A stretch of 64,000 bases of DNA from Novosphingobium sp. (GTDB lineage Bacteria; Pseudomonadota; Alphaproteobacteria; Sphingomonadales; Sphingomonadaceae): positions 40,001-104,000 of the forward strand of contig JAYWBP010000038.1 of NCBI GenBank assembly GCA_043781375.1, given 5' to 3'. The notes under the pieces were generated by a model. The model saw nothing but the letters and a program-made list of their open reading frames with translations. It was not told the DNA's origin and did not search any database. The position numbers and the translations under genes are program-made. Of this stretch, positions 58,394 to 64,000 are shown one piece after another; positions within the stretch are counted from its first letter, which is position 1; every line of letters starts with the position of its first letter.

Positions 58394-60676
58394 ATGAATA
58401 GGAAGATTTTGGCATCCGCATCGCTTCTGGCCTTCTACATGGCCAGTCCGGTTATGGCCCAGACAGCGTCGGCGGTAACTGCAAAGCCGACGGACAGCGC
58501 TGTCGGCGATATCATCGTGACAGCACAGCGTCGCGAGCAATCGCTGCAACGTGTACCCTTGGCCGTTACCGCTTTTGGCTCGACCGATCTTGCACAAAAG
58601 CAGATCCGCGACACGGCCGACCTGATCCGATTCATCCCGAACCTTGTCGGCAACAACAATGTCGGTCTGGGCAGTTCAAACACTTATTACATCCGCGGGA
58701 TCGGCAACACCGAATCAATCGCCACCCAGGACGTGCCCGTCGGTACCTACGTCGACGACGTGTTCATCGCCCGCCAAAACGCCAACAATTTCGGTCTTTT
58801 CGACGTCGAACGGATCGAAGTGCTGCGCGGGCCTCAAGGGACGCTGTTCGGTCGCAACACGACCGGCGGCGCGATCAACGTTATCCTGCGCAAACCTTCC
58901 GATCATGTCACGGGCTATGTCGAGGGTGCCTATGGAAGCTTCGAACGCCGCGAACTGCGCGGATCCATCGACGTGCCGCTATCTGCGCAAGTCCTCACCA
59001 AGTTCTCCGGATTCTATCGCGCAGACAACGGCTATGTCCGCCAGCTTTCCACTGGCAATAGGCTCAACAAGCTGGACAGTCTCGGCGTCCGCGGAGCGAT
59101 ACGCTTGCTTCCCTCGGACACGGTGACTGTCGACCTCAGCGCGGATTACATTGACGAGACCAACTCCAACCTCAACAATTCGGTCGCGGCAGATGGGCAT
59201 AGCCGGGTGACCACGCTCGGCATCGTCCAAGGCGCGCTCACGCCGTTCTTCGTCGGTCAGAAACGGCTCAACGAGCCCGGTAACAAAACGAAGAGCTGGT
59301 CGGCAACGGCCAACATCAAGCTGGATCTGGGCGGGGCAACGATCAATTCGATTACCGGCTATCGCCACTTGATCCAGACCTATTTCATCGACTCGACGCT
59401 CGCTGCACCCAATCCCGTGCCTTACGGCGTTTCGCCGATCCTCGACTACGGTGTCCACCGCCAGTTTTCGCAGGAGTTCAAGGCGAGCGGGACCATATTC
59501 GACGGTCGGCTCGATTATGTCGCCGGCCTTTTCTATCTCCATGAGGACAACAATACGGACTTGGGAACAGGCGCGGGAACCGCGACCAGTTTCCGCCTGA
59601 CTGGCGATCGCACAGTCACGAATACGCTGGCCACTTACGCTGGCTATGCCCAGGTCGACTATAAGCTGTCGGACGCGCTTACGGCGACCGTTGGATTGCG
59701 TTACACGCATGAAACCAAGCAACTCAGCGTTGCCACCAATCCAGGCGCTGCCGGTCCGCTTTTTTCCACCGCGCTGATCGAAGCTGCAGGCATCCCGACG
59801 ACATTGAAGCGCAATTTTCTGACTCCGCGCTTTGCCCTGACGTATCAGGCCAATCCTGACCTGATGTTTTACGCCTCGGCCACGCGTGGGGCAAAATCAG
59901 GCGGTTGGAACGGTCGGGCGCTCGCCAACAATCTGTTTCTTCCGTTCAGTCCCGAACTCGTCTGGTCCGAAGAAGCTGGCATGCGTGCGCAACTCTTTGA
60001 TCGCAAGCTTCGGCTGAACGTCACCGGTTTTTATGTCTATGACAAAGACGTTCAGATTTCGGCGGCATTCTTCAACAATGGAGCCCGCATTTTCACGACG
60101 ACTAACCCGGCCGATCTGAGAAATTATGGTCTTGAAGCCGAATTAAACGCCGAACCGGTCCACAATCTGAACATCGGCATCGGGCTGGGCCTGCAGCATG
60201 CTCGCTACACCAACGTGTCAAGCGAGGTGCAACTGCAGATCGGCCAGTGCCAGACTGCGCTTGCAACCAGCAATGCAACCGCAATCACGGCGAACTGCAA
60301 TCGCGGTTTCGTCGATTTCAAGGGCCAGATCGCGCGCCCGGTCCGCACACCCGGGCTCACCTTGACGACTTCAGTGAGCTACCGTGCCGAGCTGGGTGCT
60401 CTCGCGCTGACTCCCGCGATAAATGTCAGCCACAACTCGTCCTACGCGATCGGCAATGTGGGAAGCCCCGAGAGTACCGATGGATCTTGGACGCCCGAAC
60501 AGACGTTCGTCGATGCGAGCCTGGCGATCCAGCCCCTTGCGTTCGACGGACTGGCCCTGACCGTGGATTGCAAGAATTGCTTCGACAAGGCCTATCGCGT
60601 GTCCTTCCTTTCGCCGACCGCTATCTACATCAATCCGCCGCGGACATGGTCCGTTCGGGCGAGCTACAAGTTCTGA
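58394..60676 (+). CDS. TonB-dependent receptor
   Basis: DIIVTAQRR, ERIEVLRGPQGTLFGRN, C-terminal YKF. Confidence 0.95.
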   Translation: MNRKILASASLLAFYMASPVMAQTASAVTAKPTDSAVGDIIVTAQRREQSLQRVPLAVTAFGSTDLAQKQIRDTADLIRFIPNLVGNNNVGLGSSNTYYIRGIGNTESIATQDVPVGTYVDDVFIARQNANNFGLFDVERIEVLRGPQGTLFGRNTTGGAINVILRKPSDHVTGYVEGAYGSFERRELRGSIDVPLSAQVLTKFSGFYRADNGYVRQLSTGNRLNKLDSLGVRGAIRLLPSDTVTVDLSADYIDETNSNLNNSVAADGHSRVTTLGIVQGALTPFFVGQKRLNEPGNKTKSWSATANIKLDLGGATINSITGYRHLIQTYFIDSTLAAPNPVPYGVSPILDYGVHRQFSQEFKASGTIFDGRLDYVAGLFYLHEDNNTDLGTGAGTATSFRLTGDRTVTNTLATYAGYAQVDYKLSDALTATVGLRYTHETKQLSVATNPGAAGPLFSTALIEAAGIPTTLKRNFLTPRFALTYQANPDLMFYASATRGAKSGGWNGRALANNLFLPFSPELVWSEEAGMRAQLFDRKLRLNVTGFYVYDKDVQISAAFFNNGARIFTTTNPADLRNYGLEAELNAEPVHNLNIGIGLGLQHARYTNVSSEVQLQIGQCQTALATSNATAITANCNRGFVDFKGQIARPVRTPGLTLTTSVSYRAELGALALTPAINVSHNSSYAIGNVGSPESTDGSWTPEQTFVDASLAIQPLAFDGLALTVDCKNCFDKAYRVSFLSPTAIYINPPRTWSVRASYKF

Positions 60677-60714
60677 TGTTGGGAACAACCCGCGACGGCG
60701 TTGTTAAAGTAACT

Positions 60715-60890
60715 GGCACTGGCCCAGGCAGTCTTGTCAGAGGGGCGTGGCTGTCCGCCCGGGAGGGTAATAATCGGCGAAGATGAGACGGACAAAGCCC
60801 GGAAACCCGTCCCGGAATTTCCATTGTCGCCGGAGATAATCCGGCTTGTGGTGATGATGTATGTGCCATTTCCACTGTGGCTGCGCCCGC
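60715..60890 (+). mobile_element. IS6-family N-terminal remnant
   Basis: SPEIIRLVVMMYVPFPLWLR matches the IS6 transposase N-terminus. Confidence 0.75.
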
Positions 60891-60992
60891 TCCGCAAGGT
60901 GTTGATCGGGGGTGGAGCGACGAGCCTGGTCATGAGTATTGCCGACTTTAGGGTGGCAATCGCCCGTCTGGGGGGAACTTCTCTGGCCAGCC

Positions 60993-62258
60993 TCAATCGC
61001 CTTGCGCTTGTGCCAGTGTTTCCACGGGCCCTGAGCCAGGACGACGCTCGCCGGGTTTTGTGCGTCGGAAAATCAGCAGGACAGCGGTGAGCGCTGCAAA
61101 TCCGCCACCTGCGATGAAGGTGGCCGATGGCCCTGCGCGATCCCATAATAATCCAGCCACCACGCTTGCGGCAAGCATTGTCAAGCCCGTCGCAAGGTTG
61201 AACACTCCGAAAGCCGAACCGCGCATGGCCGCCGGCGCTCGTTCCGCCACGAGCTGGGCCAGCAGCCCTTGCGTCAGCGCCATATGCCCGCCCCACAGCG
61301 CGATCCCGACGAAGGTGCCGATCAATCCCTGCCCGAATGCCAAGCATAGATCTGCGGCGATGAGGCACGCAAGCCCAAGCACCAGCGGACGGTGCGCGCC
61401 GCGGGCATCCGCAAAGACGCCTGCGGGGTAGGCACCGACCGAATAAACAAGGTTCATGACCACCAGCACTATCGGCGTGAGTGCCAGCGGCAGGCCATCG
61501 GCGTTGGCTTTGAGGACCAGAAACGCCTCGCTGAACCGAGCCATTGTGAACAGGACCCCGATCCCGACCACCGCCCAGAAGTCTTTGCTCAAGCCGCGAA
61601 GATCGCGCAGACGAAGCGGCACCTGCGTCTTGCGGATCGTCGATCCCTGCGAGCGGTCCTCAATCCCGAAGATAACCAGTGCGACCGCGATAAATCCTGG
61701 GATTACCGCAAACCAGAAGACCGAGCGCATGTCATTGGCGAAGACAAGCATGAGCCCGATAGCAGCAAGCGGCCCGGCAAAGGCACCGACGGTATCCAGC
61801 GACTGGCGCAAGCCATAGGCGCGCCCGCGAATTTCCAGCGGTGTCACATCGGCGACCAGCGCATCGCGCGGCGCACCACGCAGTCCCTTGCCGATCCGAT
61901 CGACGAAGCGTGCGCCAAACACGAGGCCGGGACTGCCCGCGAGCGCAAACAAGGGTTTGGAGAAGGCACCAAAGCCATAGCCCAGCAAAATCAGCGGCTT
62001 ACGCCGTCCGATCCGATCGGACAGGTAACCAGAAAACGCTTTGGAAATAGATGCAGTCGCCTCTGCAACACCGTCGATCACGCCAACAAGTGCCACGCTC
62101 GCGCCAAGCGTCACCGTGAGAAACACCGGGAGCAAAGCATGGATGATCTCGGACGAAATATCCATGAACATGCTTACCAGGCCCAGGACCCAGACCGTAC
62201 GCGGTATCAATGGCCTTTGGCCGACGGGCCAAATTGGGAAGCCGCCGTCTTTTTTCAA
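60993..62258 (-). CDS. MFS transporter
   Basis: SMFMDISSEI, GYLSDRIGRRK, DRIGKGLRGAPRDAL. Confidence 0.92.
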   Translation of the reverse strand: MKKDGGFPIWPVGQRPLIPRTVWVLGLVSMFMDISSEIIHALLPVFLTVTLGASVALVGVIDGVAEATASISKAFSGYLSDRIGRRKPLILLGYGFGAFSKPLFALAGSPGLVFGARFVDRIGKGLRGAPRDALVADVTPLEIRGRAYGLRQSLDTVGAFAGPLAAIGLMLVFANDMRSVFWFAVIPGFIAVALVIFGIEDRSQGSTIRKTQVPLRLRDLRGLSKDFWAVVGIGVLFTMARFSEAFLVLKANADGLPLALTPIVLVVMNLVYSVGAYPAGVFADARGAHRPLVLGLACLIAADLCLAFGQGLIGTFVGIALWGGHMALTQGLLAQLVAERAPAAMRGSAFGVFNLATGLTMLAASVVAGLLWDRAGPSATFIAGGGFAALTAVLLIFRRTKPGERRPGSGPVETLAQAQGD

Positions 62259-62395
62259 AGCCAGTCTCCAAAGACACGCGGCACAGTAACAATCGAGCCA
62301 ACCATTTAGTGGGCGATACTACTCAGGTTAAAGACGTTCGCGCTTAGCCGAGCACGAAGGGAATCAGACAGGCCGCGTTCGACCCTTTGCTGATT

Positions 62396-63220
62396 TTACA
62401 CCCCCATCAAACGAGGCGCCATCCCATGCCACCACTCCGTGCCCCACAATCCATGAACCACCAGCGCGAACGGCAAATTGACACCCAGCCAAATCAGATA
62501 AGCAGGATGCACACTCCGATTTCGCACAATATCCCAAAGGAACATCGGGGTCACGGCGAGCAGCGTGTAGAGATCGGTAGCCATCGGGCTTTCCGGAAAT
62601 GTAGTTGGCAGCCACGCGATCCGATCAATCGCTGCGGGCAGGGCCATAGCGGTTGCAAGGATCATCATTCGCTTGTGAAGCCCGGCGTTGCGTCCACGCG
62701 CTCGCAGGCCGATCAGAAGGAACAGCGGGAACAAGACGCCGATCCGCAATTGTATCAGCATGATGTCGTCGCGCTTGAGAACGATCTGCTGCAGTTTCTC
62801 GCGGGCCTCGGGTGAGGCAACTTGCGCTGCATTCCAACTTTGATGGTACATCGTGGGCACCAGGACGAGTCCCACCAGCACCAGAGCCGATGCAACCCCG
62901 AAGGCTGCAATTCCAAGGCGCTGATGCATCTGGCGCCGGCCTGTTGCCATCAGTGTCGTCTGGGCAAGCAACAACACCAGGAATGAACCCATGAGGACCG
63001 CGTGCATGTGCAGGACGAGCGGGAACGGCGACCTCTCTCCCGCTTGGACCGCCGCGATCTTCATCAGCGAGTCGGGAATGAACCCGGTTAGCGTAATCAC
63101 GATGAAGCTCGCCGCCGTGAAAACGAAGATCCAACGATCTATCGTGCCGGCACGCGGCGTCCCCGATAGCTGGTCTGAGCGTCGGCTATCGTCCGAAAGT
63201 GTCTCGGCTATAGTGGGCAC
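62396..63220 (-). CDS. Multi-pass membrane hypothetical protein
   Basis: About seven TM segments with several His residues (LHMHA, MHQRLG, HKRMM, VHP); GTG start with GAGGGG RBS. Confidence 0.8.
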   Translation of the reverse strand: MPTIAETLSDDSRRSDQLSGTPRAGTIDRWIFVFTAASFIVITLTGFIPDSLMKIAAVQAGERSPFPLVLHMHAVLMGSFLVLLLAQTTLMATGRRQMHQRLGIAAFGVASALVLVGLVLVPTMYHQSWNAAQVASPEAREKLQQIVLKRDDIMLIQLRIGVLFPLFLLIGLRARGRNAGLHKRMMILATAMALPAAIDRIAWLPTTFPESPMATDLYTLLAVTPMFLWDIVRNRSVHPAYLIWLGVNLPFALVVHGLWGTEWWHGMAPRLMGV

Positions 63221-63460
63221 AGCGCTTCCCCTCGCTCTACGACTCGGCGAATGGATATCATTCCTTGTGACCAAAGTGAAATTGCGATGACGCCAGTCAG
63301 AACGGCTTGGCCGCGAGCTCGCGACGCGCGATGGAGAAGAGCGGCAGTACGCTGAGCGCCGATGCGGGCACGCGCACGATGGCTGGGGAAACCAGGCAGC
63401 ATGTCGTTTACAAGATCACCCGCGTGGGATTTGCAGGTGGGCCGTTGGTGCGGTTTGAAA

Positions 63461-64000
63461 TCAGCCCCTGAGGCTCTGCATCCGCTGGAGATAGCGCGCC
63501 AGAACATCAATCTCGAGATTGACCTTATCGCCTTGCGCCAGCGCACCCAAGGTGGTGACTTCGGCGGTATGAGGAATGATGTTGAGCGTGAAATGGGTGG
63601 TGCCGCCGGGCTGGTCGATCACTTCGTTGACGGTCAGCGAAACCCCGTCGACCGTGATCGAGCCCTTGGCCGCGAGATAGGGTGCGAGTTCGGGGCCGAT
63701 CGCGATCCCGATCCGTAGCGAATCGCCTTGGGGGGTGACGTCCAGCACCTCGCCGACTCCATCGACGTGGCCCGTCACGATATGCCCGCCCAGCTCGTCG
63801 CCCAGCCGCAGCGCGGGTTCCAGGTTGAGGCCGCGGCCTGACTGCCACATGCCGGGCACGCTGCACGAAACGGTCTCGCCCGAGATATCGACCGCGAACC
63901 ATGCTTCGCCCGCCACGCCGCCGCGCTCAACCACGGTAAGGCACACGCCCGAACAGGCGATTGACGCTCCTATCGCGATGGTCGCGGGATCGAACGAACA
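63461..64000 (-). CDS. ribE: Riboflavin synthase (5' end outside window)
   Basis: IGASIACSGVCLTV, LNLEPALRLGDELGGHIVTGHVDG, KGSITVDGVSLTVN, VNLEIDVLARY. Confidence 0.95.
   Translation of the reverse strand, partial: CSFDPATIAIGASIACSGVCLTVVERGGVAGEAWFAVDISGETVSCSVPGMWQSGRGLNLEPALRLGDELGGHIVTGHVDGVGEVLDVTPQGDSLRIGIAIGPELAPYLAAKGSITVDGVSLTVNEVIDQPGGTTHFTLNIIPHTAEVTTLGALAQGDKVNLEIDVLARYLQRMQSLRG

Overview
GC-rich alphaproteobacterial DNA, probably a sphingomonad (inferred from gene content). The window is almost entirely accessory and mosaic: six TonB-dependent receptor (TBDR) uptake/catabolic modules, most with their own LysR, GntR or LytTR regulator, are separated by IS6, IS630 and IS1595 scars. 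Core-type sequence appears only at the right edge (riboflavin synthase). The most notable feature is a compact, IS-flanked, RiPP-like secreted peptide locus at about 21.6-28.5 kb. It encodes a 59-aa precursor (double-glycine-type leader, extremely Lys/Ser-rich silaffin-like core), an unannotated 335-aa protein with ParB/sulfiredoxin-fold motifs (candidate new maturase, possibly a Ser kinase), a 2OG-Fe(II) hydroxylase, a C39-peptidase ABC exporter, HlyD and TolC. Immediately left is an IS1595-family element with both ends intact (terminal inverted repeats, perfect 8-bp target duplication) that carries an unknown passenger gene. Several palindromic operators were read directly from the sequence. 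Family assignments come from motif recognition only; no database searches were run.
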